From: a virus
Taxonomy: Duplodnaviria > Heunggongvirae > Uroviricota > Caudoviricetes
Reading direction: 5' to 3' (one strand)
Length of the DNA: 38,639 bases
IMG/VR virus record: IMGVR_UViG_2778261594_000006
Span: 1-38,639 of that record
Position numbers and translations under genes: made by a program
In this document: positions 1-7,955 of the stretch, piece by piece
Layout of the letters: each line of letters opens with the position of its first letter
Position numbering within the stretch: the first letter of the stretch is position 1
Notes under the pieces: model-generated
The model's database searches: none
What the model saw: only the letters and a program-made list of their open reading frames with translations
What the model was told of the DNA's origin: nothing

Positions 1-1248
1 ATGGCACTGAATATTCCATTCAGAAATGCGTACTATCGTTTTGCATCCAGTTACTCATTTCTCTTTTTTATTTCCTGGTCGCTGTGGTGGTCGTTATACG
101 CTATTTGGCTGAAAGGACATCTAGGGTTGACAGGGACGGAATTAGGTACACTTTATTCGGTCAACCAGTTTACCAGCATTCTATTTATGATGTTCTACGG
201 CATCGTTCAGGATAAACTCGGTCTGAAGAAACCGCTCATCTGGTGTATGAGTTTCATCCTGGTCTTGACCGGACCGTTTATGATTTACGTTTATGAACCG
301 TTACTGCAAAGCAATTTTTCTGTAGGTCTAATTCTGGGGGCGCTATTTTTTGGCTTGGGGTATCTGGCGGGATGCGGTTTGCTTGATAGCTTCACCGAAA
401 AAATGGCGCGAAATTTTCATTTCGAATATGGAACAGCGCGCGCCTGGGGATCTTTTGGCTATGCTATTGGCGCGTTCTTTGCCGGCATATTTTTTAGTAT
501 CAGTCCCCATATCAACTTCTGGTTGGTCTCGCTATTTGGCGCTGTATTTATGATGATCAACATGCGTTTTAAAGATAAGGATCACCAGTGCGTAGCGGCA
601 GATGCGGGAGGGGTAAAAAAAGAGGATTTTATCGCAGTTTTCAAGGATCGAAACTTCTGGGTTTTCGTCATATTTATTGTGGGGACGTGGTCTTTCTATA
701 ACATTTTTGATCAACAACTTTTTCCTGTCTTTTATGCAGGTTTATTCGAATCACACGATGTAGGAACGCGCCTGTATGGTTATCTCAACTCATTCCAGGT
801 GGTACTCGAAGCGCTGTGCATGGCGATTATTCCTTTCTTTGTGAATCGGGTAGGGCCAAAAAATGCATTACTTATCGGAGTTGTGATTATGGCGTTGCGT
901 ATCCTTTCCTGCGCGCTGTTCGTTAACCCCTGGATTATTTCATTAGTGAAGTTGTTACATGCCATTGAGGTTCCACTTTGTGTCATATCCGTCTTCAAAT
1001 ACAGCGTGGCAAACTTTGATAAGCGCCTGTCGTCGACGATCTTTCTGATTGGTTTTCAAATTGCCAGTTCGCTTGGGATTGTGCTGCTTTCAACGCCGAC
1101 TGGGATACTCTTTGACCACGCAGGCTACCAGACAGTTTTCTTCGCAATTTCGGGTATTGTCTGCCTGATGTTGCTATTTGGCATTTTCTTCTTGAGTAAA
1201 AAACGCGAGCAAATAGTTATGGAAACGCCTGTACCTTCAGCAATATAG
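1..1248 (+). CDS. cscB: Sucrose permease, MFS oligosaccharide:H+ symporter (LacY family); chromosomal gene flanking the prophage
   Basis: 415-aa ORF with 12-TM-like hydrophobic pattern and clear LacY-family similarity; sequence matches my recollection of E. coli CscB. The csc locus is known to sit beside argW/dsd. Confidence 0.8.
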   Translation: MALNIPFRNAYYRFASSYSFLFFISWSLWWSLYAIWLKGHLGLTGTELGTLYSVNQFTSILFMMFYGIVQDKLGLKKPLIWCMSFILVLTGPFMIYVYEPLLQSNFSVGLILGALFFGLGYLAGCGLLDSFTEKMARNFHFEYGTARAWGSFGYAIGAFFAGIFFSISPHINFWLVSLFGAVFMMINMRFKDKDHQCVAADAGGVKKEDFIAVFKDRNFWVFVIFIVGTWSFYNIFDQQLFPVFYAGLFESHDVGTRLYGYLNSFQVVLEALCMAIIPFFVNRVGPKNALLIGVVIMALRILSCALFVNPWIISLVKLLHAIEVPLCVISVFKYSVANFDKRLSSTIFLIGFQIASSLGIVLLSTPTGILFDHAGYQTVFFAISGIVCLMLLFGIFFLSKKREQIVMETPVPSAI

Positions 1249-1689
1249 ACGTAAACTTTTTCCGGTTGTTGTCGATAGCTCTATATCCCTCAACCGGAAA
1301 ATAATAATAGTAAAATGCTTAGCCCTGCTAATAATCGCCTAATCCAAACGCCTCATTCATGTTCTGGTACAGTCGCTCAAATGTACTTCAGATGCGCGGT
1401 TCGCTGATTTCCAGGACATTGTCGTCATTCAGTGACCTGTCCCGTGTATCACGGTCCTGCGAATTCATCAAGGAATGCATTGCGGAGTGAAGTATCGAGT
1501 CACGCCATATTTCGCTATCAGGATTCTGTGTGATGGTTACATCGCCCGGCCCAGGGCTGTTTAGTCATCAGCGCTTTCTGACAGTGCTGAGATTTCAACC
1601 TGTTGCAGTAAAAATGAGTAGATATAAGGCAAGTGTGCTGCCAAACCCATCTTTTACGGGGTGAAGGTAGATTTCGTTTGAAGGGTATC

Positions 1690-1704
1690 TGGTGTCCCCT
1701 GCAG
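1690..1704. other. Prophage attachment-site core (attR-type), reverse complement of an Arg-tRNA 3' end (acceptor strand + CCA)
   Basis: tggtgtcccctgcag is the reverse complement of CTGCAGGGGACACCA, the 3' end of argW tRNA as I recall it; sits at the chromosome/phage boundary beside the excisionase. Confidence 0.6.
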
Positions 1705-1777
1705 ACATCTACTTGACGCGGCAGGGGATTGATTGGAATGATGTTTTTTAGATGTGAGAAATATTTTACCCGCTATT

Positions 1778-1978
1778 TTACCCATTGGCGCGGCTTAAGA
1801 GCTTATTTTTGAATTCACAATGGTCACGATATAACCATCTTGCTCGACCGTGGATAACTTTGGCTTTTGGCAGGTCGCCGGACTTAATCCGGTCGTAGAT
1901 GAAGGTTTTACCAAAGCCAGTATCGGCCATGATGAATTTCAAATCAACCAGTGAATCAGGCTGTAGTTCGTGTTGCAT
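1778..1978 (-). CDS. torI: TorI-type excisionase / recombination directionality factor
   Basis: 66-aa ORF MQHELQPDSLVDLKFIMADTGFGKTFIYDRIKSGDLPKAKVIHGRARWLYRDH..., matching my recollection of KplE1 TorI; RBS GGAGAT 7 nt upstream; adjacent to att core. Confidence 0.75.
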   Translation of the reverse strand: MQHELQPDSLVDLKFIMADTGFGKTFIYDRIKSGDLPKAKVIHGRARWLYRDHCEFKNKLLSRANG

Positions 1979-2020
1979 GAGTGCTATCTCCGAATAGGGA
2001 ATCGAACCTGCAAATCAGGC

Positions 2021-2044
2021 AATAAAAAACCGCCATCAGGCGGC
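2021..2044 (-). terminator. Rho-independent terminator (minus strand) upstream of torI
   Basis: Minus-strand RNA GCCGCC-UGAU-GGCGG followed by UUUUUUAUU. Confidence 0.55.
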
Positions 2045-2203
2045 TTGGTGTTCTTTCAGTTCTTCAATTCGAATATTGGTTACGTCTGCATGTGCTATCT
2101 GCGCCCACAGCATCCAGTGGGCATAGCAGTCGTTGATGTCCTCTGCTTCGATAACTCTGTTGAATGGTTCTCCATTCCATTCACCTGTGACTCGGAAGTG
2201 CAT
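2036..2203 (-). CDS. Small hypothetical protein (55 aa) between early-operon terminators and torI
   Basis: ATG at 2203 with GGAG RBS 7 nt upstream; translation MHFRVTGEWNGEPFNRVIEAEDINDCYAHWMLWAQIAHADVTNIRIEELKEHQAA; below the 60-aa track threshold. Confidence 0.3.
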   Translation of the reverse strand: MHFRVTGEWNGEPFNRVIEAEDINDCYAHWMLWAQIAHADVTNIRIEELKEHQAA

Positions 2204-2209
2204 TTATCA

Positions 2210-2271
2210 TCTCCATAAAACAAAACTCGCCGTAGCGAGTTCAGATAAAAGAAATCCCCGCGAATGCGAGG
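2210..2271 (-). terminator. Tandem rho-independent terminators at the end of the leftward early operon
   Basis: Hairpin 2256-2271 (CCUCGCAUUCGCGGGG) and hairpin 2225-2240 (ACUCGC-UACG-GCGAGU), each followed by a U-rich tract on the minus strand. Confidence 0.5.
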
Positions 2272-2275
2272 ATTG

Positions 2276-2560
2276 TTATTCATTGCTGATATTCACCTTT
2301 ATCGCGTATACCTTTACCGGTTTATCGCCGAAGTGGGGATGTGTGATTGTCTTGATTTCATATCCGTCATACGGGACATCAATTCTGCGACTGAAGTCGT
2401 CGCGCTTCGGATATCCCTTTGTGATAATCAGGCGGTCATACTTACGGTTAACGAGGCGCTTTTTCCAGTAGTCATTACACAGGCGATACTCTTCCGTTTT
2501 CTCTCCGCGAATCATGGCATCGAAGTATTCACCTTTAACGGCAAGTTGCAGGTTAGCCAC
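2276..2560 (-). CDS. ASCH/DUF3850-like small protein
   Basis: GTG start at 2560 with GGAGG RBS 6 nt upstream (track ORF starts further upstream but overlaps the preceding gene); motif GEYFDAMIRGEKTEEYR typical of ASCH-fold proteins. Confidence 0.55.
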   Translation of the reverse strand: MANLQLAVKGEYFDAMIRGEKTEEYRLCNDYWKKRLVNRKYDRLIITKGYPKRDDFSRRIDVPYDGYEIKTITHPHFGDKPVKVYAIKVNISNE

Positions 2561-3101
2561 GGTTAACCTCCTGCTTCGGTGCTGCTGGCATTTCACGCCA
2601 GTGCGTAACTGAGTGCGGATCCGGATATTCGGTGCCATCATCCCAGCGATTACCATTCCACATTGCAGACCACATCTCACCGTCTTCATACATGACCATT
2701 ACCGGAATTAACTTATCCGGCATTCGCTCACTACAGCTTATCCAACCATCCGGAATTACCGGAGAGTTGCCATTCACAAGGTCAGCTCGAACATATAGCG
2801 TGTCATCATGGTGCTGATTGTGGCTGCACCACGTTAATTCGCTTAACTCGCCATCTTCTGGCCATACTCCAGCCGTTTGCAGCCAGATATGGGCTGGCGC
2901 ATCTTGGCAAGGTGTATTAACTGGCAACTTGTAAGTTTGGCTTACAGGTTCTGCACTATCAGCTTCGCGCCGCTTCTGTAGCTCTGCTGCCATCGCTCTC
3001 ACGACTTCAACTGGTGCCCTTGCAGCAAACTCTATGTTGGTGATCAGCTCATTAAGATATTGCTCGCTGGGATACTGTTTCTTATCGGTTATAGTGGTCA
3101 T
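2553..3101 (-). CDS. DUF551-domain phage protein
   Basis: 182-aa ORF; C-terminal WISCSERMPD...VTHWREMP pattern typical of DUF551 in lambdoid early-left regions. Confidence 0.6.
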   Translation of the reverse strand: MTTITDKKQYPSEQYLNELITNIEFAARAPVEVVRAMAAELQKRREADSAEPVSQTYKLPVNTPCQDAPAHIWLQTAGVWPEDGELSELTWCSHNQHHDDTLYVRADLVNGNSPVIPDGWISCSERMPDKLIPVMVMYEDGEMWSAMWNGNRWDDGTEYPDPHSVTHWREMPAAPKQEVNRG

Positions 3102-3102
3102 A

Positions 3103-3699
3103 TCACTCTCCTTTGATGCGAATGCCTGCGTCAGACATCATATGCAGATACTCAACTGCATCCTGAACCCATTGACCGCCAATCCCGTAATAGCGATGCG
3201 TAATGATGTCGATAGTTACTAACGGGTCTTGTTCGATTAACTTCCGCAGAAACTCTTCCAGGTCACCAGTGCAGTGCTTGATGACAGGAGTTTTCCCGGG
3301 GTGGCGAACAACAAGAAACTGATTTCCGTCTTCACGGACTTCGTTGCTTTCCAGTTCTGCAATACGCTTACTCCCATCCGAGATTACTCCCTCGTAATAT
3401 TCACGCTGCTCGTTGAGTTTTGATTTTGCCGACTCCAGTTGTTTTGTTAGTTCCGCAATACGGCAAACATCGTTGATACGCGTTTCCTCTAATGCGTTGA
3501 TCTCATCCAGTAGTGCCAGCACGGTTTCTGGTCCGGCCAGAAATTTGAAGGCGTTGAGCGCATCAATATCCACACCGTAATCTTTAAGTTCCTGTTCACT
3601 TAACAAATCATCATCAACTGGCAACATTAACAGGCGTTCCATTGCTGGAATTGCACGTTCCGCCGCCTCACGCAGTGCCTGATAGTCAATTTCGCTCAC
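3103..3699 (-). CDS. ead/Ea22-like family protein
   Basis: GTG start at 3699 with GGAGG RBS; PETVLALLDEINALEE motif and coiled-coil region typical of Ea22-like proteins; start overlaps lar by 14 nt. Confidence 0.6.
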   Translation of the reverse strand: MSEIDYQALREAAERAIPAMERLLMLPVDDDLLSEQELKDYGVDIDALNAFKFLAGPETVLALLDEINALEETRINDVCRIAELTKQLESAKSKLNEQREYYEGVISDGSKRIAELESNEVREDGNQFLVVRHPGKTPVIKHCTGDLEEFLRKLIEQDPLVTIDIITHRYYGIGGQWVQDAVEYLHMMSDAGIRIKGE

Positions 3700-3919
3700 T
3701 GGTTGCCTCCTTTGCTCGCTGATTCCACTCTGCTCTAACCTCTGAATAAAAAATCGCGCAGTCATTTCCAGGCGCTGCATATTTGCTACCAGATTGAGCG
3801 CGACACGTACCGCATCGAACGAAATAGAATCGACCGCCAGAGCCATATTCAGGGTGATCTGCTTCGCTGGCAACGTGCGCTGCGCCGCCACAGAATGGAC
3901 ATGGTAGTAGGTTGCTCAT
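3686..3919 (-). CDS. lar: Lar-family restriction alleviation protein (zinc ribbon)
   Basis: 77-aa [15 protein letters not shown]...CGTC; ATG at 3919 overlaps the upstream stop (ATGA); CPFCG motif of the Lar family. Confidence 0.6.
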   Translation of the reverse strand: MSNLLPCPFCGGAAHVASEADHPEYGSGGRFYFVRCGTCRAQSGSKYAAPGNDCAIFYSEVRAEWNQRAKEATSERN

Positions 3920-4416
3920 GAATGCACTCCCTCGTGAAGCTGTTCCGCACAATGCAGCAGAGCGTCAGTCGCCTCTTTCACCGTAACGCAGTCGCCATCG
4001 TCCAGCCCGGACACCGACGCGTGCTTAACGAACGCCGCGCAAAGGTCATCAAACGCCTTAGCCCGGACTTCAGCCAGGAAAGCATCGGTGGCTGGGGTTT
4101 TGATTTCGTTAAGCGCATCACTGAATCCACCACGCTCCATACCTAGCTCTGCTTCGTAATCGGCATCGAATGCAGCGTCTTTGCAGAACTTCTTCATCCC
4201 CGCACTCTCCGCTACCAGCGCCGCGCACTTGGCCTCAAGGTTATCAATCGTGATTCCAGCAGAACGACACTCCCGCAACGCCGTTTTTAGTTTTGATTCA
4301 AGTTCACCGAACTTACGGACAAGATATTCAGCGTTTGTTTCGTTAACCTTTAAATCTCGTGGGATGCATTCACCTTTCAGAAAACCATCCATCTCAATTA
4401 GTGTCATTTGTTTCAT
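3916..4416 (-). CDS. Hypothetical phage early protein (166 aa)
   Basis: ORF in operon context; first ATG at 4416 with GGAG/GGGAAG RBS, ATGA-coupled to the upstream small ORF. Confidence 0.55.
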   Translation of the reverse strand: MKQMTLIEMDGFLKGECIPRDLKVNETNAEYLVRKFGELESKLKTALRECRSAGITIDNLEAKCAALVAESAGMKKFCKDAAFDADYEAELGMERGGFSDALNEIKTPATDAFLAEVRAKAFDDLCAAFVKHASVSGLDDGDCVTVKEATDALLHCAEQLHEGVHS

Positions 4417-4577
4417 TTCTTCCCACTCCGCCACATCGCATTCAGATATTTGTTTTGATTTACTGATGGAAAAGAATTTCTCTTAAGCAATTCCTCTCTC
4501 GATGGCATTGGCTTTACGCGTTGGCGAATAATCATTTCTGCCGGAAGAATGCCGGGATTGTATGCAAGTCCTCTCAT
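4413..4577 (-). CDS. Small hypothetical protein (54 aa)
   Basis: ATG at 4577 with GAGGAA RBS 7 nt upstream, immediately after the stop of the 98-aa gene. Confidence 0.35.
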   Translation of the reverse strand: MRGLAYNPGILPAEMIIRQRVKPMPSREELLKRNSFPSVNQNKYLNAMWRSGKK

Positions 4578-4587
4578 GGTAAATTCC

Positions 4588-4884
4588 TCAGTCATTACTG
4601 ATAGCGCCATAGCGTGAGCGGTAATTACGCAGGCGCGGATCGATATATTCAGGGAAGTGGGTATATGTGGCTTTGCGGAATGGTCGGATTGATGTCTGGT
4701 AAATTCGCTCGCGTTCTTCTTTCTCTGCAAGCCATATACAATGGCGAAATTCCTTTTCCTCTTTCGTTTCCTGCGGTAGCGACATTATCAGGTCGTAGTT
4801 TTTTCTGAATTTATCCAGCACCTCCGATACGGAATTGCCGGAACAGCGGCGCGCGTCGTACGCACCATACAGAGGCGCTGGCAT
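4588..4884 (-). CDS. Hypothetical phage protein (98 aa)
   Basis: ATG at 4884 with AGGAG RBS 7 nt upstream; directly downstream of ssb. Confidence 0.5.
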   Translation of the reverse strand: MPAPLYGAYDARRCSGNSVSEVLDKFRKNYDLIMSLPQETKEEKEFRHCIWLAEKEERERIYQTSIRPFRKATYTHFPEYIDPRLRNYRSRYGAISND

Positions 4885-4897
4885 GATTTTCTCCTGA

Positions 4898-5413
4898 TTA
4901 AATTGCGTGAATAGCGTGACGAGGGAAGGGGAGAGTTACTGGCGCAAATGGTATATCGTCGTCAAACTCCATAGGTGGTTCGCTGTGATTTCCCTGCTGC
5001 TGAGGTTGCTGTCTTTGTTGCTGACCGTTATTTCGCTGAGGTGAAGACTGTTCATTGCCTCCTTGCTTGCCACCAAGCATTTGCATGGTTCCACCAACGC
5101 CTACGATAACTTCGGTAGTGAACCGATCCTGTCCGCTTTGATCCTGCCATTTTCTTGTCCGCAATTTGCCTTCAAGATAAACCTCAGAGCCTTTTCGCAG
5201 ATACTCGCTGGCAATTTCTGCTAGTTTCCCGCTCATTACCACACGGTGCCACTCCGTCTGCTCCTTTTGCTCTCCAGTTTGCTTATCACGCCATTGTTCT
5301 GACGTAGCAACTGTAAGGTTTGCAAATGCCGTTCCTGATGGTGAATATCTGATTTCTGGATCATGCCCAAGGCGACCAATAATGATCACCTTATTTACGC
5401 CTCTGCTTGCCAT
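4898..5413 (-). CDS. ssb: Single-stranded DNA-binding protein with C-terminal extension
   Basis: OB-fold N-terminus ([18 protein letters not shown]...), Gly/Gln-rich linker, acidic DDDIPF motif followed by 15 extra residues. Confidence 0.9.
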   Translation of the reverse strand: MASRGVNKVIIIGRLGHDPEIRYSPSGTAFANLTVATSEQWRDKQTGEQKEQTEWHRVVMSGKLAEIASEYLRKGSEVYLEGKLRTRKWQDQSGQDRFTTEVIVGVGGTMQMLGGKQGGNEQSSPQRNNGQQQRQQPQQQGNHSEPPMEFDDDIPFAPVTLPFPRHAIHAI

Positions 5414-6121
5414 TTATGCCGCCTGTTTTAGTTCGTTAACTCTGATGTTCATTACCTGAACGCATTTAGCCTGCGCCTCCTCGTTGCCAGCCATTAATTG
5501 CCAGTCACGCTGATAACGCTCGATGAGTTTTTTCTTGTCAGTTTCTGTTGACGCATAATCGCTGAAGTCTTTCAGGATTTGTTCGCAGTCAACCGATGGA
5601 GATTTCTGGTTGGTATTTTCTGGTGATGGTTTGTTATCTGATGCTGGGATTGCCCATCCCGGCAGCGATGGAGGGAGCCAGTAAAATCCTGTTCCATCCT
5701 TCAGTTTTGCCCTGTGCCACCCCTGCTTTTTATCGAGAGATGTTTGTGCGAAACCTTCCTCAAGGTTATACAGATACCGACCGATTCCCCACTGAACGGC
5801 AGCACGCTTCATTGCACCTGAACGACCACCTTTGACGGCTTCTACCTGCGTGTTTTCAGCAGCATCCCATTTGGTTACCCATTCGGAATCAATCTTGATT
5901 GATATGCCGCATTCAACTCCGCCGTTGTTGGGAATATCGCGGTATTCATTGCGCCATCCTGCTTTGCCGCAAACATCGTCCAGGCGTTTCATGATTGCCC
6001 GATTCGTGACATAAGCCAGCACCATAGCCCACACCTTGCCATCGCGTGTTTTACCGCTTTGCTGTATTCGCCATTCGATATCTTCAGGGCTGAATGGCTC
6101 ATCGAATTTGTTCAAATCCAT
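5414..6121 (-). CDS. Rad52/Rad22-family single-strand annealing protein (phage recombinase)
   Basis: Motifs AYVTNRAIMKRLDDVCGKAGWRNEY and GAMKRAAVQWGIGRYLY typical of the Rad52_Rad22 family; stop abuts ssb start. Confidence 0.75.
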   Translation of the reverse strand: MDLNKFDEPFSPEDIEWRIQQSGKTRDGKVWAMVLAYVTNRAIMKRLDDVCGKAGWRNEYRDIPNNGGVECGISIKIDSEWVTKWDAAENTQVEAVKGGRSGAMKRAAVQWGIGRYLYNLEEGFAQTSLDKKQGWHRAKLKDGTGFYWLPPSLPGWAIPASDNKPSPENTNQKSPSVDCEQILKDFSDYASTETDKKKLIERYQRDWQLMAGNEEAQAKCVQVMNIRVNELKQAA

Positions 6122-6129
6122 AATTCACC

Positions 6130-6300
6130 TCAGAATGGACACGGCCCAAGGAAATAACGCTGATTTAATACTTCGACTCGGGACAAATTAAGGCATACCC
6201 GCATTCCTTCGCGGTCACCATTATGGCGATACCAGAGAGCTTTCTGCGTGTACATGCGTCTCTGTAACTTGCTCTCCTTCACTGTGGTTGCAAGTGACAT
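6130..6300 (-). CDS. Small hypothetical protein (56 aa), candidate Arf-like accessory ORF
   Basis: ATG at 6300 with GGAGAT RBS; ends 9 nt before the recombinase start; overlaps an alternative small ORF. Confidence 0.25.
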   Translation of the reverse strand: MSLATTVKESKLQRRMYTQKALWYRHNGDREGMRVCLNLSRVEVLNQRYFLGPCPF

Positions 6301-6379
6301 GAATATCTCCTTCGTTACCGATTAATTCTTTCATCTGACGAATGAATTCTTCGTCTGACCAGTTATCTGTAAAACTCAT
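6221..6379 (-). CDS. Small acidic hypothetical protein (52 aa), alternative frame coupled to kil
   Basis: ATG at 6379 overlaps the kil stop (ATGA); translation MSFTDNWSDEEFIRQMKELIG...; overlaps ORF 6130-6300 by 80 nt, so at most one is likely real. Confidence 0.25.
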   Translation of the reverse strand: MSFTDNWSDEEFIRQMKELIGNEGDIHVTCNHSEGEQVTETHVHAESSLVSP

Positions 6380-6528
6380 TTCCTGCGATACCACGGAAGG
6401 TTGATAGCTGATTTCATCGCTTTATTTGCTTCAAGCCACATTTTTGAATCACCAATAAATCGGGCTATTACTGCTTTGTTCTGTGCAGCACGAAGCATCT
6501 GGTGATTGATGGCTATTTCATTGCGCAT
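6376..6528 (-). CDS. kil: Kil-like host cell division inhibitor peptide
   Basis: 50-aa ORF MRNEIAINHQMLRAAQNKAVIARFIGDSKMWLEA... resembling lambda Kil (IATFIGDEKMFREA); GGAGG RBS; position between cIII and the recombinase as in lambda. Confidence 0.5.
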   Translation of the reverse strand: MRNEIAINHQMLRAAQNKAVIARFIGDSKMWLEANKAMKSAINLPWYRRK

Positions 6529-6647
6529 AACGCCTCCAGTTGTTTCTTTGCTGCTCTGATTAATTGTTTAACTCGGCGTGTTAATTCAGATTCGTGCGGG
6601 TAGAAAGCGGACATGACGCCGCTACCCGCGAGCTGAAAATGCATCAT
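6513..6647 (-). CDS. cIII: CIII-like protease (FtsH) inhibitor
   Basis: 44-aa ORF MMHFQLAGSGVMSAFYPHESELTRRVKQLIRAAKKQL, comparable to lambda CIII (AIAGWPVAGCPSESLLERITRKLRDGWKRL); AAGGAG RBS 6 nt upstream. Confidence 0.6.
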   Translation of the reverse strand: MMHFQLAGSGVMSAFYPHESELTRRVKQLIRAAKKQLEALCAMK

Positions 6648-6710
6648 GGGTAACTCCTTATATTTGATTGCATAACTAAAATGCCTCTCGTGAAGCATTA
6701 TTGGTATGCA

Positions 6711-6737
6711 TATAAAAAGGCCCTCACATTGGAGGGC
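6711..6737 (-). terminator. Rho-independent terminator in the leftward operon (tL-like)
   Basis: Minus-strand RNA GCCCUCCAAUGUGAGGGC followed by CUUUUUAUA. Confidence 0.55.
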
Positions 6738-6873
6738 AAAGAAGATTTCAAATAATCAGAACAAGTCGACTCCTGTTTAGTTACGAGCGACATTGCTCCG
6801 TGTATTCACTCGTTGGAATGAATACACAGTGCAGTGTTTATTCTGTTGTTTATGCCAAAAATAAAGGCCACCA

Positions 6874-7125
6874 TCAGGCAGCCTTGTTGTAAATGTTGCA
6901 GGTATCAAGTAAGTAATTAGATGGAGCGCCATAAATTATGAATTCATCGTTTGTCGGGTCCATCTCCATCTCTTGGCCTATTGCCATTCTTGCGTCAGTG
7001 TCATCAGAGGCGAAGCATAAAACAGCCCACGCACCCATTGTTTTAAAAAGAACTGCAATTGGCTGTGGTTTTACTGAATTTGCGTTAGCGCGAAAATCAC
7101 AAATCGCACTTTCATGAAATTCCAT
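6874..7125 (-). CDS. Hypothetical early protein (83 aa)
   Basis: ORF with GAGGTGAG RBS upstream of ATG at 7125; lies in the N-to-cIII accessory slot. Confidence 0.5.
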   Translation of the reverse strand: MEFHESAICDFRANANSVKPQPIAVLFKTMGAWAVLCFASDDTDARMAIGQEMEMDPTNDEFIIYGAPSNYLLDTCNIYNKAA

Positions 7126-7258
7126 ATCTCACCTCAAATAAGTGGTTTGCTGCCTAATTTCATTTTCTGGCGACCAACACAAGTCACACCCATTTCACTG
7201 CGTGGCTTGCGGTAGTAAATAGGGTTATTTATGTCATTAAAAACCAGCATGAGCGTGG

Positions 7259-7525
7259 TTATTTTTTCTTTCCAAGAGATGGAAGCCCTCCAGAATAATC
7301 TGGACCACTTGAACGATGCATTTGATACAATATTGCGTTTTTGTTGGCGTTTAGTGGCTTTGTTGCGAAAGAAATTTTTTCTCGTTTTACATCTCTTATC
7401 ATCATCAACTCACGTTCTGATGCTTTTGGATGATAATCATTGATATGCTTCCATGCTGCCTTGGCGCTGAATTTTCTTCCACATAAAGGGCAATAGCATT
7501 TATATGATACTTGTTTGCTAGTCAT
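7259..7525 (-). CDS. Zinc-finger-like hypothetical protein (88 aa)
   Basis: CYCPLCGRKF...HINDYH (C-x2-C...H-x4-H); start 2 nt after the N stop, consistent with translational coupling. Confidence 0.5.
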   Translation of the reverse strand: MTSKQVSYKCYCPLCGRKFSAKAAWKHINDYHPKASERELMMIRDVKREKISFATKPLNANKNAILYQMHRSSGPDYSGGLPSLGKKK

Positions 7526-7527
7526 TT

Positions 7528-7836
7528 CTATCTCGCCGTAATTGATTTCATTGACCTGTAACCAGCAGCATACAGTGCAACTTCAGGCAAACAAACGCTT
7601 CCGCCATTCGCATCTGTATTTGATTTACTGATGATGCCGAGTGATATTGCTTTTTCAGAAAGACTTAAACGCTTTCTCGGTTCTTCCTGAACAGCTTCCT
7701 CACTGTCTGTGCCGAAGATCGAATCGATGATGTTGCAGATGGAATCACGCTCGATAGCCAGCTTTCTGCGCCGCTCATGACGGCGAGTTTTGGCATTTCC
7801 TGCAAATGTTGATTTTCCGTACACGATTACCGTCAT
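7528..7836 (-). CDS. N: Antitermination protein N (P22 gene 24-type)
   Basis: Arg-rich motif GNAKTRRHERRRKLAIERD near the N-terminus matches the P22 N boxB-binding peptide; first ATG at 7836 (track ORF extends upstream without RBS); nutL lies just upstream. Confidence 0.8.
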   Translation of the reverse strand: MTVIVYGKSTFAGNAKTRRHERRRKLAIERDSICNIIDSIFGTDSEEAVQEEPRKRLSLSEKAISLGIISKSNTDANGGSVCLPEVALYAAGYRSMKSITAR

Positions 7837-7955
7837 GATGTTTTCCTCATGTGAAATGGCTTTGGTGGTGATGCGCCAGGTGCTGATCTTCTGGTTGCTG
7901 TCGTTGCAGCTGCAATTCACATCACCGCCAAACCCATCTCGTTTGGTATCTGTTT

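Noticed and set aside
1258-1302. Inverted repeat TTTTCCGGTTG...CAACCGGAAAA after the permease gene as a terminator
   Set aside because: The loop is about 22 nt and no U-tract follows on either strand, so it is not a convincing intrinsic terminator.
1249-1689. Possible gene or pseudogene in the chromosomal spacer between the permease and the att core
   Set aside because: No ORF with an RBS and no recognizable protein similarity by eye; may be a degraded remnant but this is unsupported without a database search.
1970-6014. Plus-strand track ORFs inside the leftward early operon (1970-2218, 2133-2471, 2264-2566, 3922-4146, 4181-4486, 5596-5835, 5832-6014)
   Set aside because: Antisense to well-supported minus-strand genes, lacking RBSs, and typical of frame artefacts in GC-rich coding DNA.
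7231-7443. Plus-strand 70-aa ORF opposite the zinc-finger gene
   Set aside because: The minus-strand ORF is coupled to N and carries a Cys/His motif; the plus-strand ORF has no RBS.
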